Part shown: positions 47,834 through 57,649 of the stretch, piece by piece
Layout: each line of letters opens with the position of its first letter
Position numbering within the stretch: the stretch's first letter is position 1
Assembly: GCA_963696295.1 (NCBI GenBank)
Contig: CAVOJR010000001.1
Location: 1,024,001-1,088,000 of the forward strand
Length of the DNA: 64,000 bases
Reading direction: 5' to 3'
From: an uncultured Chlamydiae bacterium
GTDB lineage: Bacteria > Chlamydiota > Chlamydiia > Chlamydiales > JAJFMB01
Made by a program: the position numbers and the translations under genes
Notes under the pieces: generated by a model
Databases searched by the model: none
Seen by the model: only the letters and a program-made list of their open reading frames with translations
Told to the model about the DNA's origin: nothing

Positions 47834-49161
47834 AAGTCATTTATATTAGCAGTTGAAAACAATTTAGTCAAATTCAATGAAGTAAATTTATTATTGATGC
47901 TGCCTGCATAGAAATTATCGTAATTAAAATCTAAAAGGAATTGTCCCTCCTGATGGCGGAAAATCATCGAATGCATGGTCACCAGACAATTGGCAGCCGC
48001 TAGAACCTCTCTTGGGGGCTTATGCTCCATGAGCGCCTTTTCCATCGCGAGAAATCGGGGCTCGGAACTGGCAATGGCCTCTGATCCCCTGATCATGTTT
48101 CCGTTATCATCCAGATAGTGGTTTGTCATAAGAATAAAGGAATCTGTTAAGCGCCTGACTGTAAACAACTCCTCTGATCCGGTAGGCAGCATTTGGACCA
48201 CCGCGCCGTCGCCGGTTTTATCCATCATCGCCACCAGATGGGAGGCTGCCGGAGGGTGGCGGGAAATGAAGTCGAGAGCCTCTTCCACCGTTGTGCAATG
48301 CTCCGCCAGCTCGCGCAGCAAAAGCAATTGAGGATAGCCCCCGGAAATATTCCTCTTCGTCGCCATTTTGGTCGCCTCATTGATAATGACCACAAAGCCA
48401 CTATCATTTGCCAGGGATGGGCTGAATAAGCAGGGAGGAAAGGTGATGGATAGAACTTTTTTCGGCCCGCCCTGCCTTGGCTGCCTTACCGGACAAAGGA
48501 TTAACAGAGTGCTCTCGCCTAGCAGCCCCATCGAATACCAGTCAAAATTGCGCATCAGCTCAAAAGGCCTCACCGCTGCACTGCATCCGCTTAAGCCTTT
48601 GTAGATATCGCCAAAGACAAACATCGCTTTTAAATCATCTAATGGGAAGGGTTTCTTCAATGCTTCTAAAAATCCCTCCATCTCGGCCAAAAGAAAGGGG
48701 GGCATTTGAAGCTGCAGCCTCTCCATTTCCTTGCGGATAAAGGCAAGCGGATTGGAAAAATAGTCTCTCCTGATATACCGCATGGCATAAGTGATAAACA
48801 GGAAGTAGCGATCCCAGAGGCTGAGAAAATTGACCCCGGTGTGCTGGCCGAGCAGCCGCCCCTTTTCCTTAGGATCGGCGGTGCCTATCATCAAAATCGG
48901 CAAATCCCCTTCATACCAAAGGCGGCTTTGGGATGTCTGCTGCTCCGTAAAAGTATGCTTTTGCTTGTCGCACATTTGCAGCGTAAAAAACCGTTTATAC
49001 TCCCGCACCAGAGAAAAAATGAGCAGGCCGGCAACGAGGAGCAGTGTAATGGCAATGGCGGGATAAAAAAAGAAGAAGATAATACCGAGGATAAGCGCTG
49101 CCGCGGCTAAAAACAGCGCGCTAAAAGGACGCTTAAGGATTATCATTTTTTCATTAACCAC
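47830..49161 (-). CDS. Ntn-hydrolase, peptidase C45/acid ceramidase-like, membrane anchored
   Basis: SGCSA nucleophile site, RNFDW, NDSG, TNHY. Confidence 0.75.
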   Translation of the reverse strand: MVNEKMIILKRPFSALFLAAAALILGIIFFFFYPAIAITLLLVAGLLIFSLVREYKRFFTLQMCDKQKHTFTEQQTSQSRLWYEGDLPILMIGTADPKEKGRLLGQHTGVNFLSLWDRYFLFITYAMRYIRRDYFSNPLAFIRKEMERLQLQMPPFLLAEMEGFLEALKKPFPLDDLKAMFVFGDIYKGLSGCSAAVRPFELMRNFDWYSMGLLGESTLLILCPVRQPRQGGPKKVLSITFPPCLFSPSLANDSGFVVIINEATKMATKRNISGGYPQLLLLRELAEHCTTVEEALDFISRHPPAASHLVAMMDKTGDGAVVQMLPTGSEELFTVRRLTDSFILMTNHYLDDNGNMIRGSEAIASSEPRFLAMEKALMEHKPPREVLAAANCLVTMHSMIFRHQEGQFLLDFNYDNFYAGSINNKFTSLNLTKLFSTANINDL

Positions 49162-49373
49162 AAAATAAAATTAATCAGAATCGTCAAAATAACGCTGATG
49201 ATGAGCGAGGATGCGAGTGGAAAATAAACCGACGTCTTATCGCTTTTATAACTAAAGTCCCCGGGCAGTTTTCCAAAAGGCAAACCGATTTTGCTGGCAG
49301 CCCAGATAATCACACCGAGCAGGATCAGACCAAGCCCGGCAAAAATAAACCATTTTCCAAAGTTATCGCTCAT
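49143..49373 (-). CDS. DUF2905 family small membrane protein
   Basis: FGKLPGDF...YFPLASSLIIS. Confidence 0.9.
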   Translation of the reverse strand: MSDNFGKWFIFAGLGLILLGVIIWAASKIGLPFGKLPGDFSYKSDKTSVYFPLASSLIISVILTILINFILWLMKK

Positions 49374-49376
49374 CGG

Positions 49377-49490
49377 CCTCCATAAGATTCCGTTTCAGCC
49401 ATTTTTTCATTCCTTTCGCCGAAATCATCAGCGGATTGTCAATCATGGAGAATCTGCTTTAAATTTTTGATTTCCATCGACAAGATAAAG
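49377..49490 (-). pseudogene. Deletion-eroded remnant of a copy of gene 51851-52564
   Basis: Collinear blocks cctccataagattc, cagccattttttcattccttt, ccgaWatcat, cagcggattgtca, atcatggMgaat, ctgctttaa. Confidence 0.75.
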
Positions 49491-49499
49491 AATAGTCTC

Positions 49500-50357
49500 C
49501 TACTCTTTCATCACGGTTTCTAAAAAGGTGATTTGCTCTTGAAGCAGGGCGTTTCCCGAAGGGTCGATCAACTTTTTTCGCATCACATTTTCCACTTTTT
49601 CGCTCGTGGGAACACGCAAATCGCATTTTTCCGCTTCAGCCAAGGACACAATCAGCGCGGCAATCTCAGAGCAAGGCTGGCCATTCGGCGCAAGCTTCTG
49701 CAACTTTTCCTGAACTCTCTTCGTCAGATCCCCATAAAATTGGGTGTCGGTTGGGCGCGTCCCGACTTCGCAATGTTTGGCCCAGTCGTTGTTCACAGTG
49801 CCGGGAACGACAAGGGTGACTCTGATATTCCAGGGGGAGACATTCGCCGCTAAAGACTCGGTCATCCCTTCCAGGGCAAATTTTGAAGCGGCATAGAGGC
49901 CGAGCGCCGGGATGGCGCGGATGCCAGAAGTGCTGCTGATATTGATGATATGGCCGCTCTTTTGAGCCCGCATGACCGGTAAAACCTCTTGAATCATCCG
50001 CACCGCTCCGAAAAAATTGACGTCGAAGAGCTCTTTCGCCTGCTCGATATCGATACTCTCTTCGGTGCCGATCACGCCATAGCCGGCGTTGTTCAACAGG
50101 AGATCAATGCGGCCGGAGGTCTCCACTATTTTTTTCACCCCGTTCCGGACCGAATCCGCATCGGTCACGTCGAGCTCCAGAAAATGGATTTTGGGATGCT
50201 GGTTGGCGCTCCTTGAGGCCGCCCAAACTTCCCAACCCCTCTCTTGAAACGCTTCGGCGGCGGCGCGGCCGATCCCTTGGGAAGCCCCGGTGATTAAAAC
50301 AACTTTGGCTTCGATTTGAGAAACTATAAGGAGTAGGAAAATCAGATGTTTGAGCAT
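49500..50357 (-). CDS. Short-chain dehydrogenase/reductase
   Basis: TGASQGIG, NNAG, YAASK. Confidence 0.93.
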   Translation of the reverse strand: MLKHLIFLLLIVSQIEAKVVLITGASQGIGRAAAEAFQERGWEVWAASRSANQHPKIHFLELDVTDADSVRNGVKKIVETSGRIDLLLNNAGYGVIGTEESIDIEQAKELFDVNFFGAVRMIQEVLPVMRAQKSGHIINISSTSGIRAIPALGLYAASKFALEGMTESLAANVSPWNIRVTLVVPGTVNNDWAKHCEVGTRPTDTQFYGDLTKRVQEKLQKLAPNGQPCSEIAALIVSLAEAEKCDLRVPTSEKVENVMRKKLIDPSGNALLQEQITFLETVMKE

Positions 50358-50511
50358 GCAACCGATTTTAGCAAAAGCCAAATTTGACCACCACTAAAAG
50401 AAACTCGGCCTTCACACTACATTTCTGTTTTGGATGCAATCCAGTGTTCTGAAGCTAGGATAATTCTCGAGGATCTCATTTCCTCATCCCTGTTCCTCAT
50501 GGAACGCCTTT

Positions 50512-50922
50512 TTAAATAGATGCTTTTTTTGTAAGAGAGATGAATTCATTAAAATCTCCTAGCCTCTGCTCAATAATCGCTCTGACTATTTCCAGATTGA
50601 TTTTTTCGTAATTATGCACAGCAATATTGCGAAAACCGACCATGGCTTGCATCTTATGACTCACTTCTTTTGGGATCAATTTAGCATTTTCCAGAAGGGT
50701 AAAAGCATCTCTGCTGCTTTGCGGGAGGCCTAAATTTTTTAACCTTATTATTCGCATGCCTAAATCGATTGCAGCTTCACAAGCGCGCTGAAGATTTAGA
50801 ATGATGGAGTCTTGTTTGGTATAATTCTCTTCAAATTCATCCTCATGCCCTTGATATTCTTCTTGAATTCGTTTGCAACATCTTTGTATGACTTCAATCT
50901 TGTTTAAAACGATATCATCCAT
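50512..50922 (-). CDS. HepT-like HEPN RNase toxin (DUF86)
   Basis: LQRACEAAIDL, GFRNIAVHNY (RX4H). Confidence 0.92.
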   Translation of the reverse strand: MDDIVLNKIEVIQRCCKRIQEEYQGHEDEFEENYTKQDSIILNLQRACEAAIDLGMRIIRLKNLGLPQSSRDAFTLLENAKLIPKEVSHKMQAMVGFRNIAVHNYEKINLEIVRAIIEQRLGDFNEFISLTKKASI

Positions 50923-51301
50923 TCATGACCCCTCTTATGAAATCTTTCCTCTCCTCATTGAAGCGCAAATACATGGAAAGACAAGTGTGCTCAAAGAGAT
51001 CGCAAGATATCTTATCTGAACAATAGATGCGTTTTCCTGTAGAAATAATTTGATTTTGGAATACGGTTGAAGCCCCTTTGAGGTCGATCAAATCCACATC
51101 CTTGTTAAGTTCTATAGCAATCTGCTGGGCCGTATCCCAAAGAGTTAATGGATCCATTTTTTTTGGCATAAGCACGGCAATGTCCACATCGCTCTCGGCT
51201 GTTTGGTGCGCTGTCCCGAAACTGCCAAATATATAGATGGCAAGTACATTAGGAACCCTTTCTTTGATCTTATTTACAATTTTATCTTCGATATCTGCCA
51301 T
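50915..51301 (-). CDS. MntA-like minimal nucleotidyltransferase antitoxin
   Basis: YIFGSF...ESDVDIAV, VDLIDL. Confidence 0.92.
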   Translation of the reverse strand: MADIEDKIVNKIKERVPNVLAIYIFGSFGTAHQTAESDVDIAVLMPKKMDPLTLWDTAQQIAIELNKDVDLIDLKGASTVFQNQIISTGKRIYCSDKISCDLFEHTCLSMYLRFNEERKDFIRGVMNG

Positions 51302-51401
51302 ACTAACAAGATTATCAAAAAGGGCAATAAAATTATAGCCTTGTTCACTTCTCCTGGCAAAACGGCCTCGCAGCCGGCTCAAAAGACCGAAGATGCCAAC
51401 C

Positions 51402-51788
51402 CTAACGCCAGTTTTTACTGTTATAGCGGTATTTGATTACCATCCGAATCATATAAATGGTGATCGATAGAGTCGCGAAGGTGGTCAATCCCAAATAAAT
51501 GAACTCAACAGGATGCTGCAGAACTAAAGAGAAGTATTCCAAACGCGTTTTTGGATCAATCCAAAGCGCAGCTATCCATACTAAAAAAAAATATAAACTA
51601 AAGAAGAACCCCCCTAAACCCGCCGTCATGTACATCTTTTGATGAAAATCTTTAAAGAGAGAGCGTACTGAGACTTTTTTTCTCATCGTTCTTTTGGCAA
51701 AGAGCATTGCGAGTCGAAACAGCGCAAATCCGATCGCTAAAATAAATGCGGTTATGACTACTATGTGTAGAGATCCCATGAAAAACAC
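51402..51788 (-). CDS. Hypothetical membrane protein
   Basis: Three hydrophobic segments. Confidence 0.65.
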   Translation of the reverse strand: MFFMGSLHIVVITAFILAIGFALFRLAMLFAKRTMRKKVSVRSLFKDFHQKMYMTAGLGGFFFSLYFFLVWIAALWIDPKTRLEYFSLVLQHPVEFIYLGLTTFATLSITIYMIRMVIKYRYNSKNWR

Positions 51789-51850
51789 TTTTAAAATGTC
51801 TTTTTCGTTTTAGCATAATCCCCAATATTTTTCAAAGAAACAACCGATTG

Positions 51851-52564
51851 CTATTCATGACCTCCATAAGATTCGATCCGCTTCACCCAGCCGGGCAGCC
51901 ATTTTTTTTCATTCCTTTCCGGCAAAGAAAGCTCTACGCGCCTTTGCAGGGTGCGTTTGGCCGATATCATAAAATCCTCCAGCGGATTGTCACGCTCTTC
52001 CTGCATGCCGGATAAAACCTGCAATAAACCCCACCCCTCTCCCTGATAGCGCTCCTTTTCCGAGGTGCCGTCCCCTTTAAAGTTGAGGTAATCGATCATG
52101 GCGAATACCCCTTCCGGCTGCTTTAATAAACGGTTATACTGCTTTTTAACGGTTGGTTCCACCAAAATTTTTTCCATGGAAGCTTCAAAGCGCTGCAGGA
52201 TAAATTCTGTTTGTAAGGGCACTGTAGAGGCGAGCAGAGCGCGCAAGGCGGTCAGCTTTTCTCCATCAAAATCGCGATAAAAGGCCTCCCGCCCGCTCCA
52301 GGGGCACTCTTTCAGGGCCCAATCAGGGATAGCCGCGCCCTTATTTTGCAAAAACCGGACGAGAGAGGGAAAGGTTTCCTGAAAAGGGCCTTTAGCTCCT
52401 TGGGGATACCAGATAAAATGGCCGATGCCCATGGAAGCAAACGCCTCGCCAACGTTCCACGAAGTCAATCCGCGCTCGCTCCGGTTGCATTCGCTTTGCC
52501 AGATCCGATCGCCGATTTGCTCCTGTTGAGGCAAGGTAAACGCCAGGAAGAAAAGAATAAGCAT
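51851..52564 (-). CDS. Conserved hypothetical exported protein
   Basis: SWNVGEAFASMGIGHFIWYP, IDYLNFKGDG, GWGLLQVL. Confidence 0.8.
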   Translation of the reverse strand: MLILFFLAFTLPQQEQIGDRIWQSECNRSERGLTSWNVGEAFASMGIGHFIWYPQGAKGPFQETFPSLVRFLQNKGAAIPDWALKECPWSGREAFYRDFDGEKLTALRALLASTVPLQTEFILQRFEASMEKILVEPTVKKQYNRLLKQPEGVFAMIDYLNFKGDGTSEKERYQGEGWGLLQVLSGMQEERDNPLEDFMISAKRTLQRRVELSLPERNEKKWLPGWVKRIESYGGHE

Positions 52565-52587
52565 GCCGCCGATTTTAGCAAAAGCCC

Positions 52588-53166
52588 TTATTTCCGGGCC
52601 ACCAATAAAAGAAACTCGACATTCATCTTTTCCGACCTGATTTTTTGACTCTCCAAAACCTGAAATTCCCCTTCCAGCAGGTTTTTGACAGTGTTTTCGG
52701 GAATGAAGGAAAAAAAGCGCTCCACCCCTTTTTCGGTCGGATCCAAAAACCCTTCAAAGTCGCCTAGGATGGCGCTCAAAAATAAAACGCCATCCGGCTT
52801 CAGCAAAGAGGAAAGGTGCGAGAGCTCCTTTTTCCACCGCTCCCTTGGGATGTGGATCAGGGAGGAGATCGCGAGGATGGCGTCAAACTGCTCTTCGGCG
52901 GAAAACTCCTCCAGGCCGATGAGCTGACTGCAGAGACCCTTATGCAGGCAGCGGGAAATCATCTCCTCGGAGGGGTCGAGGCAAAGCACCTCGCACCCCT
53001 GCTGCTGCAGCCACAGGGCCAAGGCCCCGGTTCCGGCGCCCACATCTAAAACATGCTTGCCCTTCATATTGGGTAAATGTTTTTTTAAAAGGGGTAAAAG
53101 GGACTCTTCAAAGGGTATAGCCTCAAATTCATGGGCAAATTGACGGTAAAACTCTAGGGTTGACAT
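52588..53166 (-). CDS. Class I SAM-dependent methyltransferase
   Basis: VLDVGAGTG, FDAILAISSLIH, LKPDG. Confidence 0.88.
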   Translation of the reverse strand: MSTLEFYRQFAHEFEAIPFEESLLPLLKKHLPNMKGKHVLDVGAGTGALALWLQQQGCEVLCLDPSEEMISRCLHKGLCSQLIGLEEFSAEEQFDAILAISSLIHIPRERWKKELSHLSSLLKPDGVLFLSAILGDFEGFLDPTEKGVERFFSFIPENTVKNLLEGEFQVLESQKIRSEKMNVEFLLLVARK

Positions 53167-53198
53167 TTTAAACTCACCTATATAAACTTTATTAAGTT

Positions 53199-55352
53199 AT
53201 GAAGCATTTTAACATTATTTTCACCCTTTTTTATTGCTCGGTACTATTTTCCGAGTATCCGGCTTCCCCGGAGCGCCCTGTCGCCTTTCAATTTCCCGGC
53301 TGCCAGATCGTCGATCCCTACCAATGGCTTGAAAATGACAACGACCCCGCCGTTCAGCGATGGGACCTTTCGCAAAACGACTATACGGAAAAAGCCCTCT
53401 CAGAATTCAAAGTGATACCCGCCATAGAAAAACGGCTCAACGCCTTCCGCGAAGCGAGCTCCTACTGCATTGAAGCCGGAACGCGCATCATAACAATCCA
53501 AAACTCTCTCGAAGAGGAGCAGCCCGTCTTCTTTATTCAGGAGGATGAGGAGAGCGCAAAAACGGAATTATTGAACCCCAATAAATTGGGAAAAAATATC
53601 GCGGTCGAAGCCTTTGAAATTTCTCCTGACGGAAATTATTTAGCCTATGCCATAACTCAGGGAGGAAATGAACAGCCAAAGATCTATCTGATCGACCTGA
53701 ACACTTTGACTCACCTGAAAGAAACCTTAGAAGGGCCCTTTCAGAGCAATTTAACCTGGCACCCAAATAGCAAGGGCTTTTTTTACACCGCCTATCCGCC
53801 CGGAGAATTCTACTATCACCAGGCTGTTTATTATCATCAAATAGGCTCATCCCAAGACAGGCTTCTTTTTTGCGATCCGGAGAAAATCGCCTGGCTTATC
53901 GTTTTATTCCCGGGACAGGAAAGTCTGCAGATCGTCCGGCATGCCTGGACAGACAAAGGCTTAGATATTAGCGAATGCTATCAAATCCCTATTGAGGACC
54001 TTGACGCGGAGCCAAAATTGACCTGGCGCTCGGAACCGGGCAAGCCAGTATATATCCCCTATGAAATCAACGGCACCACCTACTATCTGACCGATTTCGA
54101 AGCCCCAAATTTCCGCATCATTAAACAGCAAAAAAAGGATTATTTTGAATTTATCCCGGAATCGAGGGATCTTCTTCTAGATTTTTGCCAAGTTGGGAAT
54201 AATTTAGCCGCCACTTACCGCTCAGATGGGCGCATCATTATCAAATTATTCGACCCGTCGGGTAAATTCCTCAAAGAGGTGCCTTTGCCGGGGATTGGCT
54301 GCGCTACCATTTTCCCTAACAACGAACCCTTGACTGAAGTGGTTTTTGAATCGATGATACAGCCCCTCACGGTATATACATACGACTCTTTAAATAATTA
54401 TTTGAGCTTTAAACATTGCCTGACCAAAGATCCATTTGACAGCTCAGGCCTCGAAGTCACCCTGCATCTCGTCAAAAGCAAAGACGGCACTAAAATCCCG
54501 GTCTTCCTTGCCTCTAAAAAAAATCTGGTGAAAAATGGCAATACCCCCACCCTCATCTATGGATATGGGGGGTTCAATATGTCCATGGAACCCAAATTTA
54601 ACTCCCATTTTATTCCCTGGATCGAAGCAGGGGGCGTGGTCGCTATGGCTTGTCTGAGAGGAGGGGGAGAATATGGACTGAAATGGCATCTGGCCGGGAT
54701 GCGTAACCTCAAGCAAAACACCTTTGATGACTGCATCGCGACGGCAGAGTGGCTTATTAAACAAAAGATTACTAATCCCTCCCGCCTGGCTCTCGCCGGT
54801 CAAAGCAATGGGGGCTTGCTCGTCGGCGCCGTGATCACGCAAAGACCCGATCTCTTCAAGGCCGCTTATTCGGGCGTGGCTCTGCTGGATATGCTGCGCT
54901 TTGACCAGTTTCCTCTCGGCGCCCTATGGATCGGGGAATATGGGCATCCTCAAGACGCGCATGACTTCGCCACATTAATGAGCTACTCCCCCTATCATTA
55001 TCCCTTGAAGAAATCGGTACACCCTGCGACCCTCTTCATCGCCGGCAAAAACGACTACCGGGTCCACTGCATGCACATGCGCAAAATGGCCGCCAGGATG
55101 CAAGCCGCTTACCCGGAAGGCAACCCGGTCCTTTATTGGAACGACCCGGCTAGCGGCCACAGATTTGCTTCTACAAACAGCAAAAATTACACCTGCGCGA
55201 GAGGCTATGGCTTCCTCATGGCGCAAGTACAGCTCCCTGCGGCAAAGGAAAAAAAGAGAGTTTCTATCCCCAACCTCGATTTAACGAGTGAAGCAAAATT
55301 AAACACCGAATTTATTCAGCTGGAAAAGAAGCATAAAAAACATCTTTACTAA
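53199..55352 (+). CDS. Prolyl oligopeptidase (S9A), exported
   Basis: DPYQWLE, YGYGGF, GQSNGGLL, DYRV, GH; TTGACA-17 nt-TAAACT promoter at 53160-53188. Confidence 0.93.
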   Translation: MKHFNIIFTLFYCSVLFSEYPASPERPVAFQFPGCQIVDPYQWLENDNDPAVQRWDLSQNDYTEKALSEFKVIPAIEKRLNAFREASSYCIEAGTRIITIQNSLEEEQPVFFIQEDEESAKTELLNPNKLGKNIAVEAFEISPDGNYLAYAITQGGNEQPKIYLIDLNTLTHLKETLEGPFQSNLTWHPNSKGFFYTAYPPGEFYYHQAVYYHQIGSSQDRLLFCDPEKIAWLIVLFPGQESLQIVRHAWTDKGLDISECYQIPIEDLDAEPKLTWRSEPGKPVYIPYEINGTTYYLTDFEAPNFRIIKQQKKDYFEFIPESRDLLLDFCQVGNNLAATYRSDGRIIIKLFDPSGKFLKEVPLPGIGCATIFPNNEPLTEVVFESMIQPLTVYTYDSLNNYLSFKHCLTKDPFDSSGLEVTLHLVKSKDGTKIPVFLASKKNLVKNGNTPTLIYGYGGFNMSMEPKFNSHFIPWIEAGGVVAMACLRGGGEYGLKWHLAGMRNLKQNTFDDCIATAEWLIKQKITNPSRLALAGQSNGGLLVGAVITQRPDLFKAAYSGVALLDMLRFDQFPLGALWIGEYGHPQDAHDFATLMSYSPYHYPLKKSVHPATLFIAGKNDYRVHCMHMRKMAARMQAAYPEGNPVLYWNDPASGHRFASTNSKNYTCARGYGFLMAQVQLPAAKEKKRVSIPNLDLTSEAKLNTEFIQLEKKHKKHLY

Positions 55353-55428
55353 ATCTTTACCTTGAATTTATCCATCTTTAACCTAAAATACCTATTATGT
55401 TCTCAATACGACGTAATTTAGGTTATAA

Positions 55429-56745
55429 GTGAAGATACTAATCGCTCTACTAACGTGTCTGCTTTTTCTTTCGTGCCCTCTAAAAGCCAGCGAACCGTTG
55501 CCTCAGGAATCGGAGCTTTTTTTTAATTCTTTTCTCTTTACCGAATACCATTCTCAATTAAAGAACTTTGTGCAAACTCAAGAAGCAGCCGCTCCCTCAG
55601 AGGAGCCATTTATCCGCCATATTTTAACCTACAAACCCGGAACCGCAGAGCAAAACCGCGCCTTTTACCTCTCGCTGATGGATGAACTGCGCAGTCTGAT
55701 CAAAGAGAATCCGAACAGCCGCTTTATCGATAATTTCTGCGTTTGGCTGTTTGAGTCGGTGAATATGTGGGATTCCCTGGTTGAGATGCAAAACCGCTTG
55801 TTTCCGGCTGAGCTGGACTACAAAGAGCCGATGAGCTGCGCCGAATTATTTGCCTATACCGAGGAGATCTACGCGCAAACCTTAGATAGTGAATTATATA
55901 ACGGCTGCCAAAAAGTCTCAAAAGAGACCAATGACCAGATGCGCTTCGGCAATTTTCCCTATACTCTTTATAAGCTGGATAAAACGCTCGTCATACGCAT
56001 CCCCTCCGTCACCAAAGAGGTTGAGGGGCGCGTGGAGATCGCCGAAGAGTTTTCAAGGTATTTGGACGTCCTTCGCCAAAGAAATAAAAAACACCTCTAT
56101 GTCAACTTAATCACTCAAAAATATGGAAAACCCTCCCCGACCAAAGATCCTGAATGCCGCAAAAAAATTGAAGCGCTCGAGTCTAAAACCTTTTTTGCCG
56201 TGACACTGGACAAAAACTCCCCCTTCTATTTCCAAAGCGACGAATATGCAGGCAGGGATAATGCAGAAGAATTCATCGACACCTTCGCTTCGAAGCTCTT
56301 TTCCAAAGACTCGATGTATACCTGGCCAAGCTCGCTTGACTTTGCCGAGTGGCAAAGCACCTGCCTGGAACTCCTGAGAGAGATCCATGCCGCATATTTT
56401 AAAGGCAAAGAGACCCTTTCCGTGGATGAAAGGCAGGATTTTATCCATATCGCCTACATCGAAATCATCAAAAAGCTGGTGAAGCTGTTCGATGTGGACA
56501 CTATGAATATCTCTTGCGTGAACACCGTCGACAGGGGCATCTCGCTGCTCTCAGAGCTCTACCTCGACCATGTTTTCCAAAAAGGACCAATGATAACAAG
56601 GAAGGAAGCCGAGCGCTTCACCTCCCTCGTGCTGATCCATCCGATCGTCCTGCGCAACCGGCCGGCCCACGTCTACCGGCTGGAGCGGATCATCTCGGCC
56701 ACAAAGCGGATGCACCACCCTTGCCGTTCCCCTATCTTGTATTGA
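55429..56745 (+). CDS. Exported protein with a CX5R motif, phosphatase-like
   Basis: Signal peptide; HLYVNL, TLDKNS, NISCVNTVDRG. Confidence 0.7.
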   Translation: MKILIALLTCLLFLSCPLKASEPLPQESELFFNSFLFTEYHSQLKNFVQTQEAAAPSEEPFIRHILTYKPGTAEQNRAFYLSLMDELRSLIKENPNSRFIDNFCVWLFESVNMWDSLVEMQNRLFPAELDYKEPMSCAELFAYTEEIYAQTLDSELYNGCQKVSKETNDQMRFGNFPYTLYKLDKTLVIRIPSVTKEVEGRVEIAEEFSRYLDVLRQRNKKHLYVNLITQKYGKPSPTKDPECRKKIEALESKTFFAVTLDKNSPFYFQSDEYAGRDNAEEFIDTFASKLFSKDSMYTWPSSLDFAEWQSTCLELLREIHAAYFKGKETLSVDERQDFIHIAYIEIIKKLVKLFDVDTMNISCVNTVDRGISLLSELYLDHVFQKGPMITRKEAERFTSLVLIHPIVLRNRPAHVYRLERIISATKRMHHPCRSPILY

Positions 56746-56770
56746 CATTGTAATACATCTCAAATAGAAT
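56742..56770 (+). promoter_or_regulatory. Promoter of the TA operon, with an imperfect dyad over the -35 box
   Basis: TTGACA-17 nt-TAGAAT; tgtattgaca-t-tgtaataca. Confidence 0.7.
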
Positions 56771-56794
56771 AATAAGGAACAAGCAAGGAATGGT

Positions 56795-57091
56795 ATGACA
56801 ACCCAAAATCCCAAGAATAACAACCTTAATTTCAGAATATCTTACAATGATAAGAAGCTCATTGAAATGGCTGCTAATTATAAAGGGCTTAAGCCAAACA
56901 CCTACGCCCGACAAAAACTTCTTGAAGCAGCAAAACAGGATATTGCCGAAACAAATCATCTGAATTCTTTGGTGTTAGATCCGGAAAATTGGAATAAGCT
57001 GGTGGCAATTATGGACGCACCGATAAAATCTAACAAGAACCTGAAGAAGGCAGTCGAAGATTTTGAAAGAATGTTTAGAAATAGAACTTGA
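56795..57091 (+). CDS. DUF1778 ribbon-helix-helix antitoxin (TacA/AtaR-like)
   Basis: LNFRIS...KKLIEMAA...WNKLVAIMDAP...NLKKA. Confidence 0.85.
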   Translation: MTTQNPKNNNLNFRISYNDKKLIEMAANYKGLKPNTYARQKLLEAAKQDIAETNHLNSLVLDPENWNKLVAIMDAPIKSNKNLKKAVEDFERMFRNRT

Positions 57092-57599
57092 TTTTTCTGT
57101 TATCAAAGAAGGGTCTAATCTCGAAGGGTTTGACTGTGGTCAACAAGATTTGAATAATTTTTTAACTCATTCCTCATTGCTATACCAACAGCGCCGCTTT
57201 GGAATTACAGTCACTTTTTTTGATAGACTAGACCCCCATAAAAAAGTCGTGGGCTTTTATACCGTTTGCCCAACATCTGTTCAAATAGCTGAGCTGCCTG
57301 GGAAGTTTATTTCTGGCCCAAAACCAAATCCCATACCCGGATATCGCCTATGTCGTTTAGCTGTAGATAAACTATACCAAGGGAAGGGATTTGGAAGAGT
57401 GATTTTTATACATTCCTTGAAAAAATGCTTGGATCAAGCCAATCAAATAGGGGGTAGTGTAGTAATCATTGACGCGAAAAATGAAAAGGTGGCCTCTTTT
57501 TATGAAAACCATGGCTTTATTCCTCTTCCACTTAAACCTATGGTATTGATTCAATCCTTGAAATTTATTGATCGGCATTTCAACAATCAGAAAAATTAG
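57063..57599 (+). CDS. GNAT toxin (TacT/AtaT-like)
   Basis: FDCGQQDLNNFL, RLAVDKLYQGKG, IDAKNEKVASFYENHGF. Confidence 0.88.
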   Translation: MKECLEIELDFSVIKEGSNLEGFDCGQQDLNNFLTHSSLLYQQRRFGITVTFFDRLDPHKKVVGFYTVCPTSVQIAELPGKFISGPKPNPIPGYRLCRLAVDKLYQGKGFGRVIFIHSLKKCLDQANQIGGSVVIIDAKNEKVASFYENHGFIPLPLKPMVLIQSLKFIDRHFNNQKN

Positions 57600-57649
57600 A
57601 TTTTCCAAAGCAATTCGCTGAGCCAGGCATTAAACGCATGAAGATAGTT

